Shown here one piece after another: positions 48,678 to 60,002 of a stretch of 64,000 nucleotides of DNA. The stretch comes from Neophaeotheca triangularis (Eukaryota). The stretch lies in contig BAAIJX010000001.1 of NCBI GenBank assembly GCA_054600435.1, forward strand, positions 806,001-870,000, in the 5' to 3' direction. The notes below the pieces were generated by a model. It worked only from the letters and a program-made list of their open reading frames with translations. It searched no databases and was not told the DNA's origin. A program made the position numbers and the translations under genes. How positions within the stretch are numbered: position 1 is the stretch's first letter; each line of letters starts with the position of its first letter.

Positions 48678-49730
48678 TACCCTACCTACTCCTTCTACTC
48701 GCGGCTACGAGAGGTTTTCTGGCAGGCGCTAATTTGCTAGACTCTCGCAGGTGTCCGTCTTGTGGTGGGATTTGCTGGTGATTCGGAAGTAAAGATGGCG
48801 TTTTGCGGCGTTGCGGCTTTACCAAGGTATTGCTGCTGCTGTGGAGGGCGGACCTAAAGGTATCACAAAGGGAGTCTCGGTATTGTGGCTTTGCTGCGAC
48901 AGTATTGCTGCTGCTGCTACAACTACTGCACGCTGTACTAAAGGTTTATGGTGATGAAGCGAGGAGGACCCCAAATTTGAAGTCTAGCTTGAGCTTTGCA
49001 AGAAGGTCAAGAGTGATAGTCAGATAGTGTGTCAAACTCGTTCATATCGGCAACTGTCCAGAATCCCCTGCCTCCCACCATCCAACAAAGCTAGCCACCC
49101 CATCCTTCAACAGGTCACGCTCGTCAAGTCTCGCCAACAACGTTACCAACTTCAGTACCCCATCTGCGACCCAGTCCATGCCCTAAACACGCCCCCAGTG
49201 TTGGAGTTGTCTCTAATCCTCCAGCCTTATACTCAACGGCCGTATCAGCACACTTGCCGAGACACTACGGCCGCTTTGCGCCATCGTTGAGTAGAACATC
49301 TAAGTAAAAAGACATCAACACGGATGCCCATCCAGGATCTGGTCTCCGCGGACCGCATCGCCCGTTCCACCAGCGAACCATTCGTTCTGGTTTCTTGCAA
49401 TGCAGGGCGGGATGTCGCCGTTGACAAATCGTTGCGAGAATTGCCCCAAGAGCCCTTTCCGTGACCGCTGCGCGTTTGGAGTCGCGATGGTGGTTGGTGT
49501 TGGGGCCGTCTGAGTCCTCAACGGCTGATGACGAGCTGCCGCCGTGGCAGCCTGTATGGTTTTGAGGTATGCGAGTCTCGGGTGTGAAGGACGGCGTGGA
49601 GTGGTCGAGAAGACCAGGCGCCGTGTCAAGCGAACCCGGCAACCTAGTCGATTTTCTCGTGCAAGAGTGGGGGGAAAAAAAGGAGTGTTGCCGCGTGTCC
49701 TTGTCGAGCCGCCGCGAGAGGGCGCTGGGG

Positions 49731-51710
49731 TTACTTCTTGGCTTTCTTGCCAAAAGCACCATCGAGCGTGCTCTGGCTACGCTCCCTCTTCACGCCCGCT
49801 CCGTCCTTTTTGCTCGGCGATTTCTTCCCCGGCGACCCGGCACCAGCGCCAGCACCAACACCAGCACCCCTCCCCCCACGCTTGGGCGTCTCAATCTCCC
49901 CATCCCCCTCCGCGTCTTCGAAACTCTCCAACCCCCCTGGACCCCCTTGCTCCCCCTCCGTAGGCCCCTCGCCCGCGTCGTCAAAGAGCCGTTTCCAAGA
50001 CCCGTCCAACACCTCCGGACTATCCCCATGCAAACCCACGTGATAAGCCTTCTTCATGCCCTGAAGACAAACCTCCCTCTGCTTCGCAAAATCAAACATG
50101 GGCTTAGGATAAACCGCCAAGCCCCCTTCCTCCTCGGTCCCCTCCCCGCCATCGCCCTTGACAACCACCCCCGCCTTCCTCTGGTCCTGAATCGGCGCCT
50201 TATGCGGCTCATAGATGAACTTCTTATCCAGCCCCTTCAACTCGGGGACATAGCGCCGCACAAACTGCCCCTCGGGATCCCACTTCTTCCCAAAAGCCAC
50301 GGGCGAATAGCAGCGGTAGAATTGCGCGTAAAAAGCCGTGCACGACAGCCACTGCCAATTCCCGACATTGCACGCCGTTTCGTGGTCAATGAGCAACTCT
50401 TCGAAAACTTCCGCGCCCCGCTCCCAGCTGATGTATGCCCCGCCGCGCGTTAGGAAGCACGCCACGCTGTGGCGCGCGAGGTGGTGGATCCAGCCTTCGG
50501 ACCGCAACTGGCGCATGATGGCGTCGATCCAGGGGAAGCCTGTGCGGCCTTGGCGCCAGCGCTGAAATTCGGCTTCTTTAGTCGCGTCGGTGGTTCCGTG
50601 GTCGCCGGTGATGAGGTTGTTGGTCAGGTTGAGTTTGCTGGGGAGGTGCCAGGGGATGAAGCGGCAGTATGGGTTGTTGTGGGTTTGGGCGAAAGACCAA
50701 CCCACGGCTGCTTGCGCGGCGAAGTACATGTCGCGGAAGAGCAGTTGGCCGTGTAAGCTGGTTGGGGGGTCGCTGGCGGGTTTCTTGGCGGCTTTGCGTT
50801 TGGAGATTATTTTTTCCACCGCGTGGTAGAAGTAGCGGCAGCTGAGGGAGCCGAAGTGGAGGTGAGGGGATGTTAGGCAGGTGGATTGCGGTTCGAAGGC
50901 TGCTGGGGAGGTTTTGGGCTTCTCGAACGTGGCCGTGTATTCCTCGTCTGCCAGGATTTGGCCTAGGCTCTCTAGGACGACGGTCTCGCCCCCTTTGTGC
51001 GGCGTCGTGGCTTTGGGCATCCCGAGCTGCTCCAGAGTAGGCACCGAGAAGTCGCCATCAGGTCCCGCCAGGCCTTTGTCGTACGTTTGTTCCTGTGCGT
51101 CCCTGAAATGCTCGTTGAAATCGGGCTTGGAGTCTGGTTTCTTCTGCTCGAAGTTTAGATTCAGCTCGCCGGGATCAGGCAGGCTTTTCGGAGCTGGCAG
51201 TGGCTCGGCGATATCCCCCAGCTTGGCACCGGCAGCTTGGAGTTGCTGTATGCTCATGGTAGGCTTGCTATTGTGCGCTTTGACAATCTCGTCGCTGTCC
51301 CAGAGCGTACGACCGGACTTGACGATAACCTCGACCCCAGCCTTTTTGGCCAATTCCATGACTTGGGCATCGCGGTCTCTGGCATAAGCGTCGGTGTCCT
51401 TCTCAAAGACCAGATGGGTAATCTTCCACGCTTTGAAGAGTTTAGGTAGCACGGATGTTCCGCCTTCTCGGAGGACAAACAGCTTGCTCTTCTTGTTTAG
51501 CTTAGTAATACTCTCGGACAAGTCATTTTGGCAGTCTATGAGGAATTGGAAGCGATTGGGCCCGACACGGGCGCGGTAGACGTAATGAGGATCCCAACAC
51601 CATACGGGGTACAGACATTCTGGTTTCAAGTCGAGTGCTGCAGTCAGGGCGGGGGAATCGTGAAGACGAAGGTCGGTCCGGAACCAGTAGATGACACGGG
51701 GTTTGGTCAT
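49731..51710 (-). CDS. (6-4) photolyase / cryptochrome family protein
   Basis: IYWFRTDLRLHDSPAL, SPHLHFGSLSCR, GQLLFRD, GRTGFPWIDAIMRQL, WIHHLARHSVACFLTRG, GNWQWLS and DPEGQFVRRYVPEL; Lys-rich tail. Confidence 0.93.
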   Translation of the reverse strand: MTKPRVIYWFRTDLRLHDSPALTAALDLKPECLYPVWCWDPHYVYRARVGPNRFQFLIDCQNDLSESITKLNKKSKLFVLREGGTSVLPKLFKAWKITHLVFEKDTDAYARDRDAQVMELAKKAGVEVIVKSGRTLWDSDEIVKAHNSKPTMSIQQLQAAGAKLGDIAEPLPAPKSLPDPGELNLNFEQKKPDSKPDFNEHFRDAQEQTYDKGLAGPDGDFSVPTLEQLGMPKATTPHKGGETVVLESLGQILADEEYTATFEKPKTSPAAFEPQSTCLTSPHLHFGSLSCRYFYHAVEKIISKRKAAKKPASDPPTSLHGQLLFRDMYFAAQAAVGWSFAQTHNNPYCRFIPWHLPSKLNLTNNLITGDHGTTDATKEAEFQRWRQGRTGFPWIDAIMRQLRSEGWIHHLARHSVACFLTRGGAYISWERGAEVFEELLIDHETACNVGNWQWLSCTAFYAQFYRCYSPVAFGKKWDPEGQFVRRYVPELKGLDKKFIYEPHKAPIQDQRKAGVVVKGDGGEGTEEEGGLAVYPKPMFDFAKQREVCLQGMKKAYHVGLHGDSPEVLDGSWKRLFDDAGEGPTEGEQGGPGGLESFEDAEGDGEIETPKRGGRGAGVGAGAGAGSPGKKSPSKKDGAGVKRERSQSTLDGAFGKKAKK

Positions 51711-52244
51711 GGTTGAGTCAGGTTAAAAGGACGGAAGGGGAGAAGAGAAGATGAGAAGGAGTTATGATGGGAGAGAGAAGAGAAGATGGGAGAGAGAGGT
51801 AGTACATCCATGTATAGAGTACTGTACCTCATTAGACCACATTATTATACCCAGGTACTAAGTAGTACCTATATACACAGTAATAAGGTACCGTGGATCT
51901 CTGGAAGTGGTGATGACAAGACGCGCTGCAAATCTGGGGAAGCTCAGGGAAAGCTCAGGGCAAGCTCTCCCTGATAAACACCACCTACCTCACCCGCACA
52001 CCAACCTCGGAAGGCCTCTTTGACCTCCCGTCCTCTTTGACCTCCAGTCGTCTTAGTCAATTGACCGTTTACTCTACCATTGCTAACGTGGCAAGTTCTG
52101 ATCATTTTCTCTTTTCTCTCATTTCTTAGCTTGCCCCGATGCCTATTGCCCATCCCCCAAAAGACGCAGCGTAATAAATAACCACGACCTCCCCTTCTCC
52201 ATCATTCATCCAAAGCTCAACCAAAACCAAAACTTACCCCCAGA

Positions 52245-52781
52245 ATGGCTCCGTGGTACATCTACTGGGCGAACAAAACCCCCACCGACAACGCCTGGCA
52301 CCCTCTCCCAGGCGCAAACCCCTGGTCCCCAACCCTCCCCTCCCTCCTGCACCGCCTCGACCCCGAAGCTCTAGCCGTAGACGCCGCGCCCCTGATCGCC
52401 GGCGCCGGCTCGCTCGCCCACTTCCGCCAACTCCCCAGTCTAGGCTGGACGGCCCAAGCCAACATCTTCAAGAACCCTCGCACCATGGGCGCTATGCATC
52501 TGACTAGCACTGTGTGTCTTGTGGCTATAGCTGGGTGCCAGTTGGCAGGGGTCGAGTATAGGAATTTTATCCCAAGGTGGGCGAGTAATAGGGAGAGGAG
52601 GCGGGAGGAAGAGGTGGTGAGACAGCAGGTCAGGGTCGGCATGGGAGTGGGGCTGGTGGCTTCTTGGCCGCTAGGGAGGTGGAGGCCACTGGGGGCGAGG
52701 GTCAGTCCGCTGGGTTGTTTGATGCTCGGAGCATTGCTAGATTTGGCGCATAGGGAGTACAATAAGGCGCATGGGTTTTGA
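52245..52781 (+). CDS. Hypothetical small membrane protein
   Basis: 178-aa ATG-to-TGA ORF with hydrophobic segments and the C-to-G skew seen over neighbouring genes; no family recognised. Confidence 0.55.
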   Translation: MAPWYIYWANKTPTDNAWHPLPGANPWSPTLPSLLHRLDPEALAVDAAPLIAGAGSLAHFRQLPSLGWTAQANIFKNPRTMGAMHLTSTVCLVAIAGCQLAGVEYRNFIPRWASNRERRREEEVVRQQVRVGMGVGLVASWPLGRWRPLGARVSPLGCLMLGALLDLAHREYNKAHGF

Positions 52782-53852
52782 GAAGGTGATGAGGGTTAGG
52801 ACGGTAGTGGAAGAGTTTGACGTGAGGCTCCTACACCCGGAGCGACTCCGTTTGATCCGACTACGGTTTGCAGATCCGAACCTGATGGAATGCTTAGACA
52901 AGCAAATGTCTCGTCAGGTCAGGTCAAGATCCCCTCTTGAGCTACGAACAACTATGAAACTCCTGGCAATGTTGAAGCTCACTGTCAACGTCGTGATGGG
53001 CTGACTCCAACCTTTGGAAAGCCAGCTACCGCGCAGCTCCGAAAGCAACCTGGCGACGCTTGGTCGGAATCTACACTCGCCCGGGACACAACTTTGGAAA
53101 CGCAAAGCGGCCAGGCTACATCGAAACGCTCTCCCCGGCGACTTCGAGCGCCAATGACATCCCGGCGACTTTCTCACGAAACGCAGTGTGGCCATGCTCC
53201 AAATTCGAACCACAGCCATCTACCAGCGGCGTTTGCAGAGAGCCAACGAGCGAGCGGGCCCTGGTCTCTTCAAGGCACTGCTATGCACTTTGGAGAAGGG
53301 AAGAGGTTATCTTTGGAGAAGAGAAAAGGCTATCCGCCTCGAGGCCTCGAGGGAACTACAGCCTCCCAACACCTGTCAATGTCACGGCTCAAGCGGGCAT
53401 TCGTTGCCGAAGAAGGCTTTGAACCCTGACGAACTGATTGGCCAGTCCCGAGTCACGATGAAATCGAGCCAAGCAAGCAATAGCCCGCCAGGACTCGCAC
53501 GCAACGGCAGTTTGGGGCATTCCGGGGCTTGCCGCGGATTTTGGACGGAAACGAGGCTGAGGCTTCGCTCTCATCTGGACGTGAGGTTGGTCTTTGGCTG
53601 GTGGTAGGTGAGGACAGACGAGGGAGAACATTTCGTGGCGTTTTTGTGGCAGGTAAGTGGGCTTTGCAAAGGCCGAGTAACGGCATTGATTAACTCGACG
53701 GCTTTACGGTTCATCACTCGACTAGAGCTTGTTGCGAAGATGGGTAGATCGTAGAGATTCGGCTAGTACCGCTGAAACTAGCATTGGACATAGTCTACTA
53801 CCTTGGATGAATTCCACTTCTCTCCCCCCGGGGGGTTCTAGCTTGACCCCAA

Positions 53853-55489
53853 TCAAGCACCCGCCGGCACAGCCCTAGGCTTAAACCGAGTATTAAAATC
53901 CAACTGCCTCACAAACCACGCATTGTGCGTCTTCCACTCCTCACCAGGGCGATCGAGCTCAATCTCAAAATTCCGCAAAAAGGTCGGCACCATCTTGTAC
54001 ATTTCCAACAGACTGATATTCTTCCCGATGCACGTGCGCGCGCCCGCGCCGAACTGGAACATGGCCGCCTTCATCTCCTTGAGCCGGTCCGCGTCGGCTT
54101 CGAGCCAGCGCTCGGGGCGGTAGGTGTCGACGTCGGGGCCGAAGATTTCGGCGCGGCGGTGCAGCACCCAGGCGTTGCAGCCGACAATGGTGCCGCCGCG
54201 GATGCTTTGGCCGCAGATTTCGATGCCTTGCGGGGGTACGACGCGCTCGACCGTGAGGCCCGCGGCTGGGTGGATGCGGAAGGCTTCTTGGATGACGGCG
54301 TCGAGGTAGGGGAGTTTTTGGCTCTCGGCCCAGCTGACGATGTGGTGGTCGCGCTCCTCGATGGTGCCGTTGCTGGCGGCTTCGTCGAGCTCCCGCATCA
54401 GTTTTTCGTGGACCCCGGGGTGTTTGAGCAGGTAGTAGAAGACGGCGCTGAGGCTGATGGCCGTGGTTTCGGAGCCGGCGAAGATCATGCTGGTGCACGA
54501 GGAGAGGACTTGGCGGTCTGTCATGAAGTTGGGGTGGTCGTGGTGGGCCATTTCGAAGCGCGTGAGGAGGTCGATGCCCCGACCCGGTGTTGAGTCCGCT
54601 TTGCCCGTTTCGCGGACTTTTTGCATTTCTGGCTCGCGGGCTGCTGAGGTTTCTTGCGCGAATTTGGTGACGGGGAATACGTTCTTGCTAATTCCCCATT
54701 GTTGGAGCTTGAGTTTCAAATAGTTCTTTCTCAGGAGGTTGTCGAGCCATGGTTGTTGGCCGATGGTGCCGGCGTAGGTCAGGAAGCCGCGCAGGAAATC
54801 GATAATGCCATCGACGTCTTCGTCCTTTTCGACGAAGCCCAAGCGCTTGCTCCAGGTCAATTCACCAATGACGTCGAAAGCGAAGAATTGCAGCCATCGA
54901 TTGAAGTTGCAGACCTTGCCTGGCCCAGTGTAGAGTTTCTGGGTTTGCTCGACGTAAACCCGTGCTGTACTGTCGACAAGAGGCTCGTAGTTGACGAGAG
55001 CCGACATTGCAAAGGCTCCGTTGACACATCTACGATACTTTGCATGGTAATCTTCGTCGGTTGTTGAGAAGAGGGAAGGCAATCGACGACCTCCAGCGAC
55101 CGCCTGTATTGAAGTTAGCGAAGGCTGTCGGCTAGAGGGTGGCAAAGAGTTAAACAAACCTGCTGCACGGGGTAAAATTCGCTCTTGGTCATGCCTTTGT
55201 TCAGACCGTATATGGTTTTAATCGCCTTTGGATCCGCAAACGATAGAACGTTGGGACCCAGACGAACGATATCTCCATGTTTGCGATGAAGCTTGATGTG
55301 CGTCTTTTCGGTTTTGTGACTTAGGTTTTCGAAAAAGCGCCACCAATTGGTGTAACCGGCCAAAGCAGGCCCCGGGTATTTGTTCAAGCCATTGTAAAAT
55401 TTGTTGGTGATAAGATGGTAGGCCAGTAAGGCAACGAGAATGTGAGGCCAATAGGTGGTCAAGAGGGGCACTAGTTCGCTTGCCAACAT
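53853..55489 (-). CDS. Cytochrome P450 (pisatin demethylase-like), 2 exons
   Basis: Exon 55489-55160, intron 55159-55104, exon 55103-53853; N-terminal TM, YPGP, VRLGPN, FAGSETT, EAFR (ExxR), PERW and heme motif FGAGARTCIG. Confidence 0.93.
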
Positions 55490-56195
55490 GTTGAATGATG
55501 CGGCAATAGATGAAAGGTTGACAAGGGAAAGGATGGAAGAAGTCTTGGACAATAGCTGAGATGAGATGAGGCCGTTGATGGGATCTTGCTGACCTTTAAA
55601 GGCGCTGGTGGCCTGGTAGATGACCGATTGTAACAGCCGATAGGTACCTTTTAAGGTAGTTAGTTAATAGGGTTGGAGACGCAGTGCTAGGAGGTAGAGT
55701 CGGATGTCGAGAGGCACGGCACTTGACCTATTGCCATGCCGAGTATCTGCAGGATGGCGATTATTTCAGTATCGACTATTTTATTACTGAACAGGGAGAA
55801 GCAAGTCGGCCGTCTCCTTCTCGTGTTGGTTGCCGAGTACGGTAGACTCGCCGGTGCCATTGGATGTTCGAGTCGTCGTCTCGTGTGCGTCGACCTCGAT
55901 CAGATACTTCACGATGAGATGATTGCGGTGCGGTATAGACTGTTGCCCGGCTGAAAGGCAACAAGCTTGGAAGAGTAAGACGCCCTGAACACAACCTTTG
56001 AAGTTATCACAACTGCCGTTCACTTCAACCATGAATTGGAAGTCTGGAGTTTCTCCACGTCTCCACGTCTACTTAAGGCTAAGGTAGGTACTACTGCTAG
56101 GAGGTGGTAGTCGTTGCTGCCGGTCGGCAGTTGGTCAAGATGAATTACCGTTCACGTGATGATCAATCAGTACTTCAACTCTCCCAATCTTATCA

Positions 56196-56278
56196 TACCT
56201 CCTACCTCCTACCTCCTTACCCCTTAAACCTACCTCCTACCTCCTACCTCCTACCTATTTACCCCTACCTCCTACCTG
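56196..56278. repeat. (CCTACCT)n degenerate heptamer repeat
   Basis: About 10 imperfect cctacct units. Confidence 0.8.
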
Positions 56279-56760
56279 CTCAGGGTAAGATGAGTAATCA
56301 TCATGGCAGCCCCTTGGTATACGATCATGACCTGTGCGGACACGACGGAAACACAAACGGCACACGCTGTTTACCGGCTTAATGAATGTGAGTCAGACGG
56401 GAGCAAGGCAGAGCCAGCCAACAAGAATCGATGGAAAAGTTGCATGGGACGGAAATGAATAATGAATCATTTGCATCGCTGTCGCCACCGTCCTTGAAGT
56501 CATTTACTACAGCTATCTAAGGTAGAAGCCACCTTAAGCTCTTGTCTAAAAGATCCAGTGTTACCTACATACTGTAGTTAGTCAGTCAGCGCTCCCGTAC
56601 CTGCACCCTAAACGGTCCAAGAGGTACAGCATAGCAGGTGCGTGTCGGCAGGAAACAACTGATCAGACAATCCCTTTCCTCAGCATTCAGCTCCATTAAG
56701 TTTTTAAACTGAACATCACCCCACTCTTCGCATCATCATCAAAATCCGCACTTGGAGACA

Positions 56761-58506
56761 ATGGCGGACCAGACATTACTACAGCTCGAGCCCACCAGAA
56801 TCACTGCATCGAGAGATATCGGGGTCAATCAAATCGAATGGGCACTGCGTGAAGCCCTCGGACTCGCAGGTGGAACACAGTCCCAGCGACGCCTCTTCGC
56901 AGTGTCTAGTCTTGGTGTCGACGTGTGGCAACCAGGAGACGACGTCAAACTGGTCGCCCAATTCGATATCACGCCTACTACCTTCTGGTTGCTAGTAGCC
57001 GAGAATCTCGACTGCGAAGCTCTCAAGACTGAAACAGCTGGGCTCTTCCGAACTCTGCCTTATTCGCTGGAGCTACTCAAAGATTTGCGACACTTGCGAG
57101 CCACTGGCACCAGGTTCCTCCTCGCCTTCTGCGGATGGCCAAATGGCTTGGGACGCGTGGGTCCACATAGTAGCTTGAGGCCCGCGTACGGCGAACGCTC
57201 ACGCCGTCTCGGTCCAGAAGGCCAGACTCTAAATCTTGTGTGGGAAACTACGCGCATGTCTTCGAGCTTCAAAGTCAGCGGCAGAATGGACGGTTCCGCA
57301 TTGCCCGACTTTGAGGGTGCAAGCCACGCTTACATGCGAATACACGCTTGGGCTTGTCGGAATGGTCTCATGGGTGCTGAATTCGGTCTTTTGGACTCGG
57401 ATTGCTTGATACGCATGTTTTGTTACTCGGTCGAGGGTTTCCAGCCCGACGACACTCGACCGAATAAAGCGCCATGCAACCCTCGTGAGCCTGATCTCCT
57501 GGTACACAACTTCTTCGCTCTGTTCAAGCATCTCAACTGGGACAAACGTGGTGTCTACGGCGACAATACCGAGTGGGGCACAGAGATGGCGATATGGACG
57601 GCCAGCGAACCACCCATCAATGCAGCTCAGCACGTCACGAAAGGTGGAAAGGCTCGCATCTGGGCTGCGCTGCAAGGCCTCACACTCCCTTACGACGGCT
57701 TTTTCCAACCCGAACATAACCCCGAAGACCCCTTGACGCACTTCCTCGATGCCTACGACTACTACATCGTCACCGTTGGCAGTTTCTGGGGTCAAAATCC
57801 AGAAAAGGCCATCGATTTTGAGCTGCGCCTGGGTCGCGAGATAGCACCAGCCACCTGCCGTGCGGTCGACAGACTGCTCGTCCTGCGGACTTTTGCTTGG
57901 CCGTTTCCCCTGTCTCTGAATGAAAGCGACGGTGACAACCCAGACCACAAGCTCCTTTACGTAGCAGGCGTAGCTCCTAGACACCCCTCCACCCTCAAAG
58001 ACAAGAAAACATTCCTCAAACAGGTCGCCAACGCCGCACGAACAGCGGAACAGCAAATCCCACCCACCAGCCTCGACAGCAACTGGGAACACGTCTCGAT
58101 CAAAGTCTGCACCAGCGCCGACTTCGTAAACCCCAATACTAACCGCCCCCGCCCCCTCCAATCCCTCACCCCCCTAGACAAATACCGCCCTACCCCGTCC
58201 ACCCCCCTCCTCTCCAAACCCCCCACCTCCCAAAGCCCACCTAGCACGCAACGCCCGCCCCCAGACGTTTCCAACCTCGCTTCCCAAACCGCGGCGAACA
58301 TGCTGCACAAACTACGCTGGCACCCGTGGCTCAATGGCGCCAGCTACGAAGTCGGGTACCAAGACCGTTTCGACGGGCTCATGTGGAAAGCGCTGGAGGA
58401 GTGGCGGAGCGCGAGGGAGGCGGAGGAGGAGGACTGGATTCCCGAGCATCGGATCCGTGCTTTCAGGAGGGTGGGGGATGGGGTTTGGGTGTGGTGGAGG
58501 AGGTAG
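56761..58506 (+). CDS. Divergent poly(A) polymerase-like protein with C-terminal MJ1316 (DUF504) domain
   Basis: PAP central-domain-like segments AYMRIHAWACRNGLMGAEFGLL, LVHNFFALFKHLNW, MAIWTASEPPINAAQHVT and FLDAYDYYI; C-terminal MLHKLRW..YEVGYQDRFDGL..WIPEHRIRAFRR..VW matches MJ1316. Confidence 0.78.
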   Translation: MADQTLLQLEPTRITASRDIGVNQIEWALREALGLAGGTQSQRRLFAVSSLGVDVWQPGDDVKLVAQFDITPTTFWLLVAENLDCEALKTETAGLFRTLPYSLELLKDLRHLRATGTRFLLAFCGWPNGLGRVGPHSSLRPAYGERSRRLGPEGQTLNLVWETTRMSSSFKVSGRMDGSALPDFEGASHAYMRIHAWACRNGLMGAEFGLLDSDCLIRMFCYSVEGFQPDDTRPNKAPCNPREPDLLVHNFFALFKHLNWDKRGVYGDNTEWGTEMAIWTASEPPINAAQHVTKGGKARIWAALQGLTLPYDGFFQPEHNPEDPLTHFLDAYDYYIVTVGSFWGQNPEKAIDFELRLGREIAPATCRAVDRLLVLRTFAWPFPLSLNESDGDNPDHKLLYVAGVAPRHPSTLKDKKTFLKQVANAARTAEQQIPPTSLDSNWEHVSIKVCTSADFVNPNTNRPRPLQSLTPLDKYRPTPSTPLLSKPPTSQSPPSTQRPPPDVSNLASQTAANMLHKLRWHPWLNGASYEVGYQDRFDGLMWKALEEWRSAREAEEEDWIPEHRIRAFRRVGDGVWVWWRR

Positions 58507-59297
58507 GGGAGGGGAGGGGAGTGCGTTGGATGAGAGTGTCAAGGGTGTGACGTCGGGAGGTTATCGTTGCGGAGGTGTTTGGGCTTGGTTCGGTGAAGAG
58601 GGATAGTGCATGTCGTTTGTTCGCCACAAACGATGACCGTCCTTTTCTATTTACATTCTTTATATCCCATATCCGCCGGTGAGTATCATCAGCCGCCGCC
58701 ATGTACGCCGCAAACGTCGCCACACGGCCTGTCGCCTGCAGTCGCCGACGTGATCAAAGTCATGATACCACCCGACGCTGTGATGATACCTAGCCAAGCG
58801 ATGGACTTTCTCCTCAACGCCTAAGTATCTTGGAGATGTGCAGTCCGTCAGCATGTGGCTTCGATCGCTGAAGCTGCCCAGCATCAGGTAGCTACAAGTA
58901 GCCGATCAATCTTAGGAACCCAAACCGGGGAGCGAGTATCCGCGAAACAGACTCATCAGTCGTACACCTCTTTTCCGACTCGTCTGACATTCGAAGGCAA
59001 AATGCTGTAACTCCTTCAGTGCCACTGAGGGCGGCGGCATGGGCAACTTGGACACCGGTTAGGACATGTAAGGCGATTCTGTAGGGCGACAGGAGATGCG
59101 CTATTGGTTGAATGGATGGCCTCAGTTGAACTGCCAAGCTCCGCCTTCGTCTCTAGTTTCTGCCAATCGTTCGGTTTGCTGGCATACGGCGCGGACAAGA
59201 CTCGTTCGAACCACGCAGACCGTGTGCAGGGAGCCGGCGTACTAACCAGCCTTGTGTATCTCGGCAGTGTCATACGCGATGCTGTCGAGGTTTAGAA

Positions 59298-60002
59298 ATG
59301 CGCCTCGCTCGACAGACGATGCAAACGGGAGTGAGACCAGTCGTAAAGGGGAAACCCAAGGGTCGGCCCTCAAAGCCCAACACTAGCACGGCACAAATAC
59401 CTAGCAGAAGGCCCGTCGCAACTGCACCAAGAGTTCCAGAAGAGACGTGCTCAACTTTCACCGCTGCCATGAATGTTCGAAGGACGAGTTTTGCTTTTGC
59501 AACCCGCCAAGGCCACTCTACACTTTTCGTGACCCCGGTACTGCCCCAACCCGCCGGGCGCACGACCGGTGCGCAATGTTATGGGGCACCTCAGTATTCC
59601 AACGGCCACTATGCACCGCTTGTTCAGAGCAACATGCAGAAACAGGCGAGCAAGCCCCAACATCCCCATGCACGCAGAGCCTCCACCTTTGACGACAGCT
59701 CGTCAATGGGTTCCTACGGGAGTCAATCCTACCCGGCAAGATCTTGCCAGTCAACCTCATACTTCAACGCCGGTGCATCAACCCCGAGGAACTACTCGCT
59801 TCAAGCATGTTTCAGCTCCCCGACACCACAACGCGAGGCAGCCACACCAGCGTACCCTCCAACAAGACCACCAGAAACCCACGGTCCATTTGCAGAACGC
59901 GTACCGGCCCCGTCCAGCGGATGCAAACACGGTCTCCGGGAGGACACTCGCACGCCACAGGGAGCCTTCGATCCGGCCGGTGCTTGTACGGATGATGAAT
60001 AG
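59298..60002 (+). CDS. Hypothetical low-complexity protein
   Basis: 234-aa Ser/Pro/Thr-rich ATG ORF in an otherwise unassigned interval; no domain recognised. Confidence 0.3.
   Translation: MRLARQTMQTGVRPVVKGKPKGRPSKPNTSTAQIPSRRPVATAPRVPEETCSTFTAAMNVRRTSFAFATRQGHSTLFVTPVLPQPAGRTTGAQCYGAPQYSNGHYAPLVQSNMQKQASKPQHPHARRASTFDDSSSMGSYGSQSYPARSCQSTSYFNAGASTPRNYSLQACFSSPTPQREAATPAYPPTRPPETHGPFAERVPAPSSGCKHGLREDTRTPQGAFDPAGACTDDE

Noticed and set aside
52850..53700. Overlapping short ORFs downstream of the hypothetical gene
   Set aside because: No coherent frame or motif.
53853..58506. Secondary-metabolite cluster around the P450
   Set aside because: No PKS, NRPS, terpene synthase or transporter nearby; the neighbours are unrelated.
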